Made by a program: the position numbers and the translations under genes
Part shown: positions 49,673 to 60,838 of the stretch, one piece after another
Numbering within the stretch: the stretch's first letter is position 1
Layout of the letters: each line of letters opens with the position of its first letter
Assembly (NCBI GenBank): GCA_965198225.1
Contig: CBDAOY010000008.1
Coordinates: forward strand, 96,001 to 160,000
Source of the DNA: Terriglobia bacterium
GTDB lineage: Bacteria > Acidobacteriota > Terriglobia > 20CM-2-55-15
Direction of reading: 5' to 3'
DNA length: 64,000 nucleotides
The notes under the pieces: model-generated
What the model was told of the DNA's origin: nothing
The model's input: only the letters and a program-made list of their open reading frames with translations
The model's database searches: none

Positions 49673-50848
49673 TCACCTTCGACCTCGCTTGCGCCTGGGA
49701 AACAGATCCTCCGCCGTAGCCCCGGCGAGCGCCTCGAGCGGCACGACGTCGATGCGTTTGCCCAGCGAATAACGCCGTGACCCCGGATACAACACGATCA
49801 TCTGATCGAGTCCGAGATCTTCCATAGCAATACGCATCGACGGAGTGATTGCGGGTGCGTCCGATCGCTTCACCTCCACGCCCAGGCGCCGGCCGCGCTT
49901 GAATAGAAGCAGATCCAGTTCGGCGCCCTGATGGGTCGCCCAGAAATACGCCTCGTCGGGGTCCACGGCTTTCAGGGTTTCCTCGACGGCGTAGCCTTCC
50001 CACGACGCACCGATCTTCGGATGCAGCAGCAGGTCCCTCTGAGTTCGTATACCAAGAAGCTGGTGGAGCAGGCCGCTGTCGCGCAGGTAGATCTTGGGGC
50101 TCTTGACTTGACGTTTCTTCAGGTTCTCGTGCCAGGGGGTCAACTGGCGGACCATGAACAGATCCGTCAGCAAATCCAGGTAGCGGCGGACGGTGGGCTC
50201 GCTGACACCGAGCGAGCGGGCGGGCTCGGCAGAGTTCCACACGGCGCCGTGACGGTGAGCGACCATGGACCAGTAACGTAAGAGCGCCGAGGCCGGAATC
50301 CTAATTCCAAACTGAGGCACGTCCCGTTCCAGAAACATCTGGATAAACTGTTGCCGCCAGATGAAACTGTCGTTTTCTGAGCGGGCGAGAAAAGACAGCG
50401 GAAAACCGCCTCGGCGCCAGTGGCGTTCCAATTTCCGCGTCCCGGTTTCGGACAGACTGAGACCTGACAGCACCAGGACCTCCATCCGGCCGGCCAAGGA
50501 CTCCGAACTCTGTCGCAGCAAGCCTGGCGATGCGCTACCCAGAATCAGGAAACGTGCCGGTAGCGGTTTCCTGTCGGTCAGGACGCGAAGAATCGGAAAC
50601 AACTCCGGTCGGCGCTGGACTTCGTCAATAACCACGATGCCGCGCAAGCCGGCCAGAGCCGTCATCGGCTCAGCCAGGCGAGCCAGGCTCTGAGGATGTT
50701 CGAGATCGAAGTAGTTGATTGAATCCGCCGGCAGAATCTGCCGGGCGAGCGTCGTCTTTCCGCCCTGGCGCGGGCCGATCAACGCCAATGCGCGACTCCG
50801 CTTCAAGCCTGCGCGAATCCTGCCAAGGACTTGAGATCGGGCGATCAC
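49673..50848 (-). CDS. AAA_14 ATPase with DUF4143 domain
   Basis: Walker A GPRQGGKT, IDEVQ, LGSAS, ESLAGR, GGFP, KSPKIYLRDSG, ELDLL..GVEVK. Confidence 0.9.
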   Translation of the reverse strand: MIARSQVLGRIRAGLKRSRALALIGPRQGGKTTLARQILPADSINYFDLEHPQSLARLAEPMTALAGLRGIVVIDEVQRRPELFPILRVLTDRKPLPARFLILGSASPGLLRQSSESLAGRMEVLVLSGLSLSETGTRKLERHWRRGGFPLSFLARSENDSFIWRQQFIQMFLERDVPQFGIRIPASALLRYWSMVAHRHGAVWNSAEPARSLGVSEPTVRRYLDLLTDLFMVRQLTPWHENLKKRQVKSPKIYLRDSGLLHQLLGIRTQRDLLLHPKIGASWEGYAVEETLKAVDPDEAYFWATHQGAELDLLLFKRGRRLGVEVKRSDAPAITPSMRIAMEDLGLDQMIVLYPGSRRYSLGKRIDVVPLEALAGATAEDLFPRRKRGRR

Positions 50849-51003
50849 GGCAGAGATGATACCATGATATTCGAACGATCTATATTAGATAGTCATGATC
50901 TATTTCTTGAGAGACCACAGTTTAAGACATACCCTTGCCTTCCTACCAGTTCCAGCATAACAACAGCGTTACCTCAAACACCGGTCGCGTTTCGATTCGC
51001 CAA

Positions 51004-51279
51004 TCACTCAATGCGTTTATTGAGCGTGTGGCTGCTCGCACTGGGTACGTCGTCGTGCCGGAGCTCCATCGGTAGGGCGACCCGAGGCCGGTCCTTCGCC
51101 GGTCGCTCCAGCCACTCTTCAATGCCGTTAAGAACAACCAGAGCAGCGATCGCGGCATGTAGAAACCCGACAGCGGGGCTCCAGTCCGACGGAGCAAAGA
51201 AGAGCGCTGTGAAGATGACCAGCAGCCCAATTCTACGTGGAAAGGAACTCAGCGCTGAAGACATGTCGATCGTCTCCAT
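51004..51279 (-). CDS. small putative membrane protein
   Basis: Two hydrophobic segments; no family recognised; surrounding DNA looks weakly coding. Confidence 0.3.
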   Translation of the reverse strand: METIDMSSALSSFPRRIGLLVIFTALFFAPSDWSPAVGFLHAAIAALVVLNGIEEWLERPAKDRPRVALPMELRHDDVPSASSHTLNKRIE

Positions 51280-52380
51280 AGGTTGGTCTTGTTCTTCCGC
51301 CGGGCACGGTGAACACTCTGCCGAAAGGGAATCCCCGAAGGAGCGCGGTTCCGAACAGCGTTGTCACGAGAGCCATGCTACCAGCGTAGCGCCAAGCGGG
51401 GAGCGCCACAAGGAATTGTCCCATTACGAAGGGCTCAGATTCTATGTTTCGCGTGGCGCAAAAGCTGCCGTCGCATGAAAGGTGGGGCCGGCGCCTTCTT
51501 CGCTGCCCTCAACTGGCGAATCCGAACTCCGTGTTCTGGTGTGAGAGATCACGTCCGTCAGCGCAAGGCTGGGGTTGGCATAGGAAAACAGTTGATAGAT
51601 CTCGGGTGCGGTTCCCAGGCTGATGTCCACAGTGTTCTTCATTTCTTTTATCCGATAGCTAGCTCAGTGATTCTTGGTTTTCACTGAGTGATTCAAAATC
51701 TGTTCCGATCGGGAAGGCCCTGGCTTCAGTCGGTTGACTACCGAATGGCATGAACGTTCCCCGCGCGGGCAGCGGTGACCCCAGCCTGATCTCGGGCCAA
51801 CTCGCACCCATGTCGAGAGCTTCGTTACTTGTTAACGAGCTTTCGAACGCCGTCGAGGATTCTCTTGCGTTCTGCTCTGACGGCCAGCTTCGCGATGCGT
51901 TGTATCTTGGGGCGGTCTCCCATTGGGAAGGCCATCAACCCCTTGCGCACTTCTGCATTCGTCCCGATCTCGATATTTGCTCGATCTACTGCCATTACGC
52001 CCTCCAGTGTGGTCGCCAGATGAGTAGCGGATCATCGCGAAACTCAACTCAGGCCGAGTTCTGGAGGGATTCTATCTGGTTTCTCTCCCGCCCGAAAGCT
52101 GTGCATGGAGGATTGCTGACTCGTCGCGCACTTCCCCTGGATTTAGTCGGTCCAGCTCGGGTAGGCTGTCATGCGTTCTGCATAACGTCGCTGGCGCCCA
52201 TCGCGTTACTGGAGGTACACCTGGCACATATGCGTAAGACGCCTATCCGCCCGAGTGACTGTTTGATTGCGTCCAACTCCCTCCTTTCGCAATAATTACC
52301 CGATTTCTCAACCAATTGGAGGAATGCCTTGAGACAGAACTGGTTGTCGTCAGGTTGGGCTGAGACTGGGCCGCTGTGAG

Positions 52381-54639
52381 ATGCCTATGATTCAGGTGTC
52401 GATGGCTTTCCTTCTGACGTTCCTGCTGGTGGGCCACGGCTTCGCCCAGTCGGATCCGGACAACCTCGGTGAGAGAGCAATTGCAGCGCGCGGCTCAACC
52501 GACTACGAAGCAATCCGCCAGGCCCACACCTACCACATCACGCGCACTACGGGCAAAATCGTCATCGACGGCAATATCGACGAGGAGGCGTGGCAGGCTG
52601 CCGAGGCTTCTGACGCCTTCCTCCAGCAGGAACCCTACATCGGACCCCCCCCTACCGAACGCACCGAGATGCGCCTGCTCTACGACGACACGAACCTGTA
52701 CGTTTCCTTCATTTGTCATCAGAAGTGGCCCATTGTCGTAAACGAACTGCGACGCGACTACTCGCCGGCCGATACAGATTCGGTCAACATTGTCTTCGAT
52801 ACTTTCGATGACGACCGCAACGGGTTCCTGTTTCAGATGAACCCCGGCAGTGCTCTGCGGGACATGCAGATCGTCGGCGGCAGCTTCAGTGCCGATTGGA
52901 ACGGCGTGTTTGACGGTCGGGCGAAGGTCCAACCTCCCGGGTGGACGGCCGAGATGGCAATCCCCCTGAAGACTCTCCGGTTCAATGCGGATCCGTCCCA
53001 GAGATGGGGTTTGAATGCGCTACGGATCACGCGGCACACGAATGAATGGGTGATGTGGAGTCTCGGGCCACGCCCCTTTCAGCTGTTCGACGTGGCCATA
53101 GCCGGTTCCCTGGAAGGACTGGAGAACATCCAACAGGGAAGCAACCTCAACATCAAACCGTTCATGGTGACCAACTACCGCCCCGATGCCACAGCCGGGT
53201 TCCTGAAGAAACACGACACGGACGTCGGATTGGACGTGAAATACGGCGTGACGTCGGAACTCACGCTGGACCTGACTGTCAACACCGATTTTTCGCAGGT
53301 CGAAGCCGATGAACAGCAGGTAAACCTGACCCGCTTCAGCCTGTTCTTCCCTGAGAAGCGGGAATTCTTTCTGGAAAACGCCGGCATCTTTCAGATCGGC
53401 GGGCAAGCCGGCTCCGGTCCCCGCGGAGGCGGCGCGGCTCGTGAAGGCGGTGGAGGCCGAGGAAACAGGGGCGAAGGCCGCCGGGACATCATCCCTTTCT
53501 TCAGCCGGCGGATCGGACTTCACAATGCACAACCGCTGCCGATCCGCGGGGGAGCTCGGCTCACCGGGAAGCTCGGGCCGTTTCAGATCGGCATGCTCAA
53601 CATGCAGGTCGGATCTCAGGGAGACATCCCGTCCGCGAACTGGACGGCCCTTAGAGTCAAACAGGAGGTCCTCTCGAATTCCGACTACGGAGGTTTTTTC
53701 TTCAATCGCTCTTCCGACGCCGACAACTGGAACCGCGCCGGTGGCGTCGACGGGACGTTCCGGTTTCTGAGAAGACGGTTGGTATTCAGCGGATTTGCGA
53801 TGAACACGTTCACGCCGTTGGAGGACAAGAAAAATCTTGCTGCCGAAATCCAGGGATCCTACACGGACCCCCTGTTCCACTTTCGCAGCTCATTCGTCAC
53901 CGTCGAGGATGAATTCAGGAACGACTTTGGATTCGTCCCGAGGGGATCCATCCGGAAGACAAGGGTAGCGGGTTCCATTCGGCCACGACCTCGCTCCGGC
54001 CCCGTTCGGGACATCGGTCCGAATTTCGAAACGAACTACGTTACCGACCAGCAGGGGCAGCTGCTCACCCGGACCCATCGCGCTGTGATCGAGGTTCGAA
54101 CCCATTCGGGAGATTCCGCTCACTTCGATCGAGAGATGAATTTCGAGCGGCTTTACGAACCGTTCGAAATCCGGGACGGGGTCCTGCTCCCTCCGGGCGA
54201 TCATGCCTTTGACGATTGGAACATGGGAGTGGCGACGTCACGCGGCCGGAAGTTCTACGGAAGCCTCGGGCACAAGACCGGCGAGTTCTGGACGGGGATG
54301 ATACGGGAAAACCGTAGCGTCGTCGGCTTCCGGCCTTCCCCTCACTTTCGAACCGAGGTCAGCTGGATCCGCAATCACGTGCAGCTTCCGGAAGGTGATT
54401 TTGAAACCGACCTGGTCCGGCTGCGGCTGAATATGCACTTTTCGCCACGGGTGCAGCTGGAAAACTTCATCCAGTACAACACAGATGCGCAGACCGTTGC
54501 CTACAACGTGCGTTTTCGGTTCATTCACCATCCGCTCAGCGATTTCTTTGTGGTTTACAACGAGACAAGGGGGATTCGAGGGAACGACGAACTGAGTCGT
54601 GCAGTCAGCATCAAATTGACCAACTTATTCGTTTTCTAG
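52381..54639 (+). CDS. CBM9-like/DUF5916 outer-membrane protein
   Basis: Signal peptide; IDG.IDE..W, YDDTNLYV, TVNTDFSQVEAD, LFFPEKREFFLE, FFSRRIG; C-terminal Phe. Confidence 0.88.
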   Translation: MPMIQVSMAFLLTFLLVGHGFAQSDPDNLGERAIAARGSTDYEAIRQAHTYHITRTTGKIVIDGNIDEEAWQAAEASDAFLQQEPYIGPPPTERTEMRLLYDDTNLYVSFICHQKWPIVVNELRRDYSPADTDSVNIVFDTFDDDRNGFLFQMNPGSALRDMQIVGGSFSADWNGVFDGRAKVQPPGWTAEMAIPLKTLRFNADPSQRWGLNALRITRHTNEWVMWSLGPRPFQLFDVAIAGSLEGLENIQQGSNLNIKPFMVTNYRPDATAGFLKKHDTDVGLDVKYGVTSELTLDLTVNTDFSQVEADEQQVNLTRFSLFFPEKREFFLENAGIFQIGGQAGSGPRGGGAAREGGGGRGNRGEGRRDIIPFFSRRIGLHNAQPLPIRGGARLTGKLGPFQIGMLNMQVGSQGDIPSANWTALRVKQEVLSNSDYGGFFFNRSSDADNWNRAGGVDGTFRFLRRRLVFSGFAMNTFTPLEDKKNLAAEIQGSYTDPLFHFRSSFVTVEDEFRNDFGFVPRGSIRKTRVAGSIRPRPRSGPVRDIGPNFETNYVTDQQGQLLTRTHRAVIEVRTHSGDSAHFDREMNFERLYEPFEIRDGVLLPPGDHAFDDWNMGVATSRGRKFYGSLGHKTGEFWTGMIRENRSVVGFRPSPHFRTEVSWIRNHVQLPEGDFETDLVRLRLNMHFSPRVQLENFIQYNTDAQTVAYNVRFRFIHHPLSDFFVVYNETRGIRGNDELSRAVSIKLTNLFVF

Positions 54640-54750
54640 CGGCCTTCAAACTCTGCGAGTAGAACTACAACTTCCGACCAGTAGACGTGGGATACGGGAC
54701 AAGCCCAGCGGAGGTCTCGCTGCCTAAGACAAGCGAAACTCTAGGATCGG

Positions 54751-54819
54751 GTGTAGGTGCGCTCTATGAGCGCACGTGCTTTGGTTCGAAGACTGTGCGG
54801 TCATAGACCGCACCTACAC
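54751..54819. repeat. REP doublet between convergent genes
   Basis: gtgtaggtgcgctctatgagcgcac...gtgcggtcatagaccgcacctacac; upstream flank resembles the 13.1-kb unit. Confidence 0.9.
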
Positions 54820-54877
54820 CTCCTCGGAAGATAAGCCCCTTCCAGAGAAGGAGCCCGTTGCCCTTGGGCAAAGGTTG

Positions 54878-57241
54878 TCAGGGGCGCTCTTCGAGCGCGG
54901 CCTTGACACGTTCGGGGGTAAACGGAACCTGACGCACGCGGGCGCCCGTGCCGTCGAAGATTGCGTTCCCGATGGCTCCCGCCACGAGGGTGACAGCGGT
55001 CTCTCCGACACCCATCGCCTCCCCCTCCGATCGGTTGATCAGCACCGTTTCGATCTGGGGAATCCCAGCACCCAGGTACAAGGGGCGATACGTTCGCCAG
55101 TCGATCGACGTGATTTTCTCGTTGTCCCAGGTGACCTCTTCCAGCAGCGTCCGGCTCACGCCGTGAAGGGCGCCACCTTCCAGCTGGTTCCGCACGCCAT
55201 CGGGGTTGGAAATCGGGCCGCAATCGTTCGCAATTACGAGTCGCGAGACGGCCACTGCGCCCGTGTTCTGATCGACTTCGACTTCGGCCACCATCGCGCA
55301 ATATCCGTTACCCCCCTCGTAGAGCACGCACGAGATGCCACGACCCTCCGCGACCCCCGTTCGACGAGCGTCAGGTCGAGGCGAGGTTCGCGTTTGCCAA
55401 TTGGCGGCATTTGCCACGGCTTTCACTACTTCGATCAGGCGGGGGTCCTTCAGGTGACGGAGGCGATACTCGAGTGGATCCTGCCCGACGCTCGCCGCGA
55501 TCTCATCCATGAACGACTCGTGGGCAAACGTGTTCTGCAAGCGGGCCGGTGAGCGCAAAGGCCCCGTCCAGAAGGGCGATTGCACCGAGTGTGTCAGGAC
55601 ACGCTCGCTGGCGACGGTGCCCGTCCCTCCGCACCGTCCATCGACGCACCCCGCGACGTAGGAGGGAGCCGCGTTGCCTCTGTTGTTGAAGTTTCTGGGG
55701 TCCGATGCCGGAGACGGCGCGAAGGCGGCCGGCGCGAAGCCAGCCAGGAAACCCGTGATGACGTTGCCGGGATTGTTCGAACCCGGCCGGCCTCCAAGTC
55801 TTGGCGACCAGGATTCGTGATCCCAGCCGATGATTGTTCCGTCGGCATCCACGCCCGCGCGTTGGTCGATGACGAAAGCGACGCCGTAGTTTTCCCACGC
55901 CATCTCGTCCTTCCGTGTTAACTGAACGCGGACCGGCCTGCCCACGGCCGCCGACAAGAGCGCAGCGTCGTACGAAACGGTGTCCGCGCCGTTGACGCCG
56001 TAGCATCCAGAACCCATCCTGAAGATGACGCGCACGTTTTCGGGCGTGAGCCCCAGAACCATGGCGGCGGTCCTTTTGAGAGGGAAGACTGCCTGCGTCG
56101 CCGACCAGATCGTGGCTTCCCCGTCCCCAACATCGGCAACCGCGCAGGAGCTGCCGACCGAGCCGTGCATTTGATACGGATAGTGGTAGGTGGCTTCGAC
56201 GAGGGTGGCCGCACCGGCCAGCCGCCGATCGACGTCCTTCGAGTTCACGCGCGATGTGTCTCGCGTGGGCTTCTGATTTCGTAAGTGTTCGTAGAAGTCT
56301 TGTTGCGTCGGTAGCTCCGCCCCCTCTGTCCAGGTGACCCGCAGTCGATTGGCCGCCTGAACGGCCTGCCAGGACTTCTCGGCCACCACGCCGACGAAAT
56401 CGTTGTTGACGACGACGTCCACGAGGCCGGCCATACCTTGAACGGATCCTTCATCGACACTGACCAACGTGGATCCCACTCTCGGCGGCCTCACCACCCG
56501 TCCGTGCAACATGCCGGGCACGCGGACGTTGTGAACGTATTCGAACTGACCGGTGGCCATCGCGGGGATCTCCACCCGTGGCACCGACTGTCCAAGAACC
56601 GTCCAGTCGTCCGGGCGCCTGCGGCGTGCCCCAGGGTCGAGCTCCATGGCGAACGTCCGTCCTCCGACGAGTTCACCGTAGCTGACGCTCCGGGACGGGT
56701 CCGTCCTAGCGCTGATCGTCCCGTCACTCACGTCGAGCTGGCCGACGGGGACACCCAGCCGTGTCGACGCCCTTTCGAACAGCGCCTCACGGGCGGTCGC
56801 GCCGGCGAGGGCGAGGTTGCGTTGATTGAAATTCGTGGGATGGGACTGCGCTCCTGAAGTCGTACCCTGGTCCGGAGTGAGCGCGGTATCGCACTGGATG
56901 AGTGTCACGCGATCGAACTCTACGCCGAGCTCTTCGGCGATCAACTGTGTCTGAGCGGTGTAGAGCCCGTGTCCCAGTTCACATTTGCCCGTGTAGGCCC
57001 TCACGCCCCCGTCCGCAGCGATGGCGATCCATGAATCCAGTTGATCACTGCTCGGACCGTTAAAGCCCTGAGCCGACGCTCGAGCGGGCACCAGACCCAG
57101 TCGGGCAGGCAGTCCCGCCATACTGAAGCCGACGACCAACATGCCGGAGCGTTCGATAAACGTCCGGCGCGACATTTCCGCGCCCTCGAGAGCGACAAGC
57201 GCGTCCGGGGCCAGTGCTTTCAAGGAATCCGGAGGTCTCAT
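54878..57241 (-). CDS. xanthine dehydrogenase-family molybdopterin-binding subunit (IorB/NicB-like) with Tat signal
   Basis: SRRTFI; GKCELGHG, AEEL, HGSVG, LRSP, FAHESFMDE, NQLEGG, GVGE; ATG 57241. Confidence 0.9.
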   Translation of the reverse strand: MRPPDSLKALAPDALVALEGAEMSRRTFIERSGMLVVGFSMAGLPARLGLVPARASAQGFNGPSSDQLDSWIAIAADGGVRAYTGKCELGHGLYTAQTQLIAEELGVEFDRVTLIQCDTALTPDQGTTSGAQSHPTNFNQRNLALAGATAREALFERASTRLGVPVGQLDVSDGTISARTDPSRSVSYGELVGGRTFAMELDPGARRRRPDDWTVLGQSVPRVEIPAMATGQFEYVHNVRVPGMLHGRVVRPPRVGSTLVSVDEGSVQGMAGLVDVVVNNDFVGVVAEKSWQAVQAANRLRVTWTEGAELPTQQDFYEHLRNQKPTRDTSRVNSKDVDRRLAGAATLVEATYHYPYQMHGSVGSSCAVADVGDGEATIWSATQAVFPLKRTAAMVLGLTPENVRVIFRMGSGCYGVNGADTVSYDAALLSAAVGRPVRVQLTRKDEMAWENYGVAFVIDQRAGVDADGTIIGWDHESWSPRLGGRPGSNNPGNVITGFLAGFAPAAFAPSPASDPRNFNNRGNAAPSYVAGCVDGRCGGTGTVASERVLTHSVQSPFWTGPLRSPARLQNTFAHESFMDEIAASVGQDPLEYRLRHLKDPRLIEVVKAVANAANWQTRTSPRPDARRTGVAEGRGISCVLYEGGNGYCAMVAEVEVDQNTGAVAVSRLVIANDCGPISNPDGVRNQLEGGALHGVSRTLLEEVTWDNEKITSIDWRTYRPLYLGAGIPQIETVLINRSEGEAMGVGETAVTLVAGAIGNAIFDGTGARVRQVPFTPERVKAALEERP

Positions 57242-57705
57242 GCGTTCACCTCCTCCGCGTACCGCTTGACGGCGCGCATGATTCGCACATGCGTCCCGCA
57301 CCGGCACAGCAGGCCGGACAATGCCTGCTCGATTTCGGTATCCGAGGCCTTCGGATTGCGGTCCAGAAACGCTTTCGCCGTCAGGATGATGCCGCTGATG
57401 CAGAACCCACATTGCATCGCCTGCTCTTCGATGAACGCTTCTTGAATCGCATGCGGCTCTTCGACGCTCCCGAGTCCCTCGAGTGTCGTGATTTCCGAAC
57501 CTTCAACGCTGTGGACCGGCGTGATACAGGAACGCACCGCCTGCCCCCCGACGATGACAGCGCACGATCCACACTGACCCAGCCCACAGCCGAACTTCGG
57601 CCCAAGGAGCTCGAGATCATCACTGAGCACGTACAGCAGTGGTGTTGCCGGGTCCACATCCACCGTGCGGATCCGACCGTTGACGTTCAAATTCAAGACG
57701 GCCAT
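57238..57705 (-). CDS. (2Fe-2S)-binding small subunit
   Basis: KFGCGLGQCGSC, RSC, QCGFC, LCRCGT. Confidence 0.93.
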   Translation of the reverse strand: MAVLNLNVNGRIRTVDVDPATPLLYVLSDDLELLGPKFGCGLGQCGSCAVIVGGQAVRSCITPVHSVEGSEITTLEGLGSVEEPHAIQEAFIEEQAMQCGFCISGIILTAKAFLDRNPKASDTEIEQALSGLLCRCGTHVRIMRAVKRYAEEVNA

Positions 57706-57760
57706 ATCAGCTCCTTCCGGCTACGCCAGCGTCGGCCAACCGCGTTCGAGCGGAAGCGGT

Positions 57761-58732
57761 TCAGACTGCCGCCCAACGGGGATCTTCACCGTCCAGTATC
57801 CGGACGACATCTTTCACAACCCAGCTCATGTTCTCCAGCGCGACGTCCGTCCTGGCCGCCACGTGCGGCAGCAACCTGATGTTCGGGCGTCCCCACAACG
57901 GATAGTCTTCGCCGGGCGGTTCGGGTTCGTGGACATCCAGGATGGCCATGCCCCCTGTATCGTGTACCTTTTTCGCCCACGCGGACAGGGCGGGGACGTC
58001 GATCACGAAACCCCGGGAGGTGTTGATCAAGAGGCAGGATGGCTTCAGCTGATCCAGGACCCCGGAATCGATGATCTGTCGGTTTTCCCCTCGTCCATCG
58101 ACGTGAATCGTCAGGATATCCGCGCTCCGCCAGAGGGTCTCCTTGTCCACAAACGTCACTGGCCGGGCGGGCTCCAGATTGAGCTCATCGGGACGGAGCA
58201 GATCGTTGCAGATTGCGCGCATGCCCATGCCAACGGCAGCCTTCGCCACGTGTCGTCCGATTCGACCGACACCAAGAATGCCCAGGACCAATTTATCAAG
58301 TTGCCTTCCGGCGACTTGGGCGCGCCAGCGATGGAAGTCCTCGCTGCTGATCGGCTGGTCCATGTACACGCGCGGGCGCACCGCGTCGAGGATCAGGCCA
58401 AAAACGTATTCCACTACCGCCTGGGCGTTGGCCTCGGGCGTGTAGACGACCCGGACTCCGCGTTCGCGGCACGCATCGAGGTCAATGTTGTCGAGCCCGA
58501 CGCCTGCCCTGCCGACAACTTTCAGGCGGGATGCCCCCTCGAGCAGTTGTGCGTCCACCCTGGTGTAGGTGCGCACGACCACGCCGTCGGCATCTGCGAG
58601 TTCGTCCCTCAGGGCCGGTATGTCGTCTACGGAAGGCCGCACCACCCGAGCCCGCTGATCCAGCCAGCTCTCAGCCTCCGCGTCCAGGTGTTCCAGAACG
58701 ACGACCTTGGGTTTGCCCGTTTCCTCGCTCAT
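57761..58732 (-). CDS. D-isomer-specific 2-hydroxyacid dehydrogenase
   Basis: RAGVGLDNID, GVGRIG, INTSRG, LDVHEPEP, LPHVA. Confidence 0.9.
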   Translation of the reverse strand: MSEETGKPKVVVLEHLDAEAESWLDQRARVVRPSVDDIPALRDELADADGVVVRTYTRVDAQLLEGASRLKVVGRAGVGLDNIDLDACRERGVRVVYTPEANAQAVVEYVFGLILDAVRPRVYMDQPISSEDFHRWRAQVAGRQLDKLVLGILGVGRIGRHVAKAAVGMGMRAICNDLLRPDELNLEPARPVTFVDKETLWRSADILTIHVDGRGENRQIIDSGVLDQLKPSCLLINTSRGFVIDVPALSAWAKKVHDTGGMAILDVHEPEPPGEDYPLWGRPNIRLLPHVAARTDVALENMSWVVKDVVRILDGEDPRWAAV

Positions 58733-58823
58733 CGATTACGCGGTCTCGCTGTCGAGCGTTCGGAGGCAACCCGACCGCTTTCAGGCCTCGCCTGGCGCTC
58801 GTTGTTCAACGATGGGTCCCTAG

Positions 58824-59090
58824 TGGCCTGTAACGGAGATAGCGGCACCATCGCCGATGGGTCTTGCCAGTCGAGGTCGAGGAGAGAGGAGGAATTGATG
58901 CGGTTTCATCATGACGACGAACGACAAAGAGATCGACGGCAACCCCCATCGGCCCGGAGGGTTGCGGCGGAACGGCACCGTCTTCGTTGTCGCTCCTCCT
59001 CGCAATGTAGGAGCATTACCTCGTCGTCGGCTCCTAGAATCCGGTGCCGTTCCGCCGCAACGCTGGTACCGCTATCTCCGTTACAGGCCA
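58824..59090. mobile_element. non-autonomous MITE-like element, copy 2
   Basis: TIRs tggcctgtaacggagatagcggcacca / tggtaccgctatctccgttacaggcca with CTAG on both sides. Confidence 0.8.
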
Positions 59091-59159
59091 CTAGACGGTC
59101 TGCCGGCGGGGAAGGGTCGGAGCGCCGGCCGTGTCCATCCTCCCGGCTCGCAATCACGT

Positions 59160-60308
59160 TCAATCCTGGTTGGGGCCCTCCGGCGCAAGACGGGCGCCGG
59201 TGCCCGGCGGTGGCGGCTCTTCGGCCACCACGGGAATCCGCAGCGTGCCAATCCCGTCGATCGTGGCCACGATCTCCTCGCCCGGCTGCAGGAACCGCTG
59301 TTCCCCGCGGACCGCCGTGCCCGCCCCGGTGCCGCCCGACGTTCCGTTGTTGATGACGTCGCCCGGATAGAGGGTGATGATCGACGAGGCGTACTCGATC
59401 AACTCGTACAGAGTGTGAATCATGTCACCCGCAGTCGCTTCCTGCATCTGCGTGTCCCCGACACTCAGCGTCTGCCTGAGGTTCTCCATCGGATCACCAT
59501 AGAATTCCTTTGGCACGATCCACGGGCCCGTGGGCGCGAAGGTGTCGTGACCTTTCCCGACGAACCAGTCGGATCGCAACGGATTTCCCCCGGCAGGGCG
59601 GCCACCGCGATCGGAGATGTCGAGCGAGACCATGTAGCCGAAGATGTAGTCCTGGGCTTCGGTCGCGGGAACATACTTTCCCGCGCGGCCGATCACGGTC
59701 GCGAGCTCGACCTCCCAGTCGATTCGGTTGCGGCCGTGCGGAATCACGACCGTATCGCCATTGCCGATGACGGCCCCTCGGCTCGGCTTGAGGAACAAGT
59801 AGGGCACCCCGCGGTTGTCCCGCCGCGCGCGTCGCGCTGCCGCTCGCTCCTCGGGGGTGCCGGACTCGTCGACGTGGCTGTAAAAATTGACTGCCGCGTT
59901 GAGGATCTTTCCCGGGTAGATGATCGGCGGGAGCGTCCGAACCTGCCCGAGGTCGTACACGAAGTCTGGCCTGGAGGCCCCGCTGAGCCGGCTGTTGTCG
60001 ACCAGGTCGTTGACGATCTCGTACAGCCGGTGCTTCAAGCCATACTCATAGCGGCCGATCAGCTCCAGCATATCGGCCGGCATCGGGATCTTCGGGTAGG
60101 CCGGATTCATCTCGAGGGCGGCGTTCGCCACGTCGAGACCCACGACCAGGCTGCCGCGCAGGACGATCCCCACCTCCGGAGCGCCATGGATCTCAAACGT
60201 CCCGACGTTGAACGGTTCGGCACTTGTCGTCGCCGGTCCACTTTGTGCCCAGAGCAGAGCGGGGCTCGTTAGGGACACGAGCAGAGTGAAGACTAGGGTG
60301 AGTCGCAT
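59160..60308 (-). CDS. fumarylacetoacetate hydrolase-family protein with signal peptide
   Basis: PGKIL..AVNF..H, DWEVEL, DISDR, GKGHDTFAPTGP, TLYPGDVI..GT. Confidence 0.88.
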   Translation of the reverse strand: MRLTLVFTLLVSLTSPALLWAQSGPATTSAEPFNVGTFEIHGAPEVGIVLRGSLVVGLDVANAALEMNPAYPKIPMPADMLELIGRYEYGLKHRLYEIVNDLVDNSRLSGASRPDFVYDLGQVRTLPPIIYPGKILNAAVNFYSHVDESGTPEERAAARRARRDNRGVPYLFLKPSRGAVIGNGDTVVIPHGRNRIDWEVELATVIGRAGKYVPATEAQDYIFGYMVSLDISDRGGRPAGGNPLRSDWFVGKGHDTFAPTGPWIVPKEFYGDPMENLRQTLSVGDTQMQEATAGDMIHTLYELIEYASSIITLYPGDVINNGTSGGTGAGTAVRGEQRFLQPGEEIVATIDGIGTLRIPVVAEEPPPPGTGARLAPEGPNQD

Positions 60309-60566
60309 GTTCCTCCTTATGAGTAGCCACCAAGTGAACAGCGTGAGGCCGGCGGCCTCTCAATCCTTCCTGCCGGTTTTACTCTCGCGCATGGGGCCTG
60401 TCAAGGGTCGAGATTGGTGCGACGCGAACGATCTTCCGGGCGTTTGGCTCCTTCCAGACCACGATTCTCGAATCGCCTGGAATTGACAGCGCCCGCTCAG
60501 GGTGATATCAATCCCCGTCTCCTACGAACAAACCCATGCTGTTCCATTAAGATGCGGAGGAAAGCG

Positions 60567-60830
60567 ATGCAGGAACCGACACCCCCACCGGAGCCGACCG
60601 ACGAGGAGCTCGATAGGTACATCCACACGCGCTACGCGTTGCTCGGCATCGACATTTCTGTACTTCCTGTGGCTAACGAGGATGCGCCGATGGATCAGGA
60701 CCGTCTGCTTGCCAACGCCCGATCCATCCTCCGTCAGGACGTAGCTGCCGCGAACTTCGAGATCGATCCGCAGTTCACGCTGCCTCAGCCGTTCCCGGCC
60801 CCGTTCACCGCCTGGACCGAAGAGGAGTAG
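60567..60830 (+). CDS. small acidic protein upstream of the amidase
   Basis: RBS ggagg before ATG 60567; 87 aa; ends 8 nt before the amidase start. Confidence 0.65.
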   Translation: MQEPTPPPEPTDEELDRYIHTRYALLGIDISVLPVANEDAPMDQDRLLANARSILRQDVAAANFEIDPQFTLPQPFPAPFTAWTEEE

Positions 60831-60838
60831 TCATCGTC

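Noticed and set aside
50850-52380. Weakly coding stretch as an ncRNA or hidden system
   Set aside because: No recognisable RNA motif, repeat or credible protein family; most likely decayed sequence.
57665-60272. Long + strand ORFs (562 aa and 453 aa) and similar shadow ORFs elsewhere
   Set aside because: They are antisense to well-supported genes or run through the MITE; such ORFs are expected in high-GC DNA and show no family motifs.
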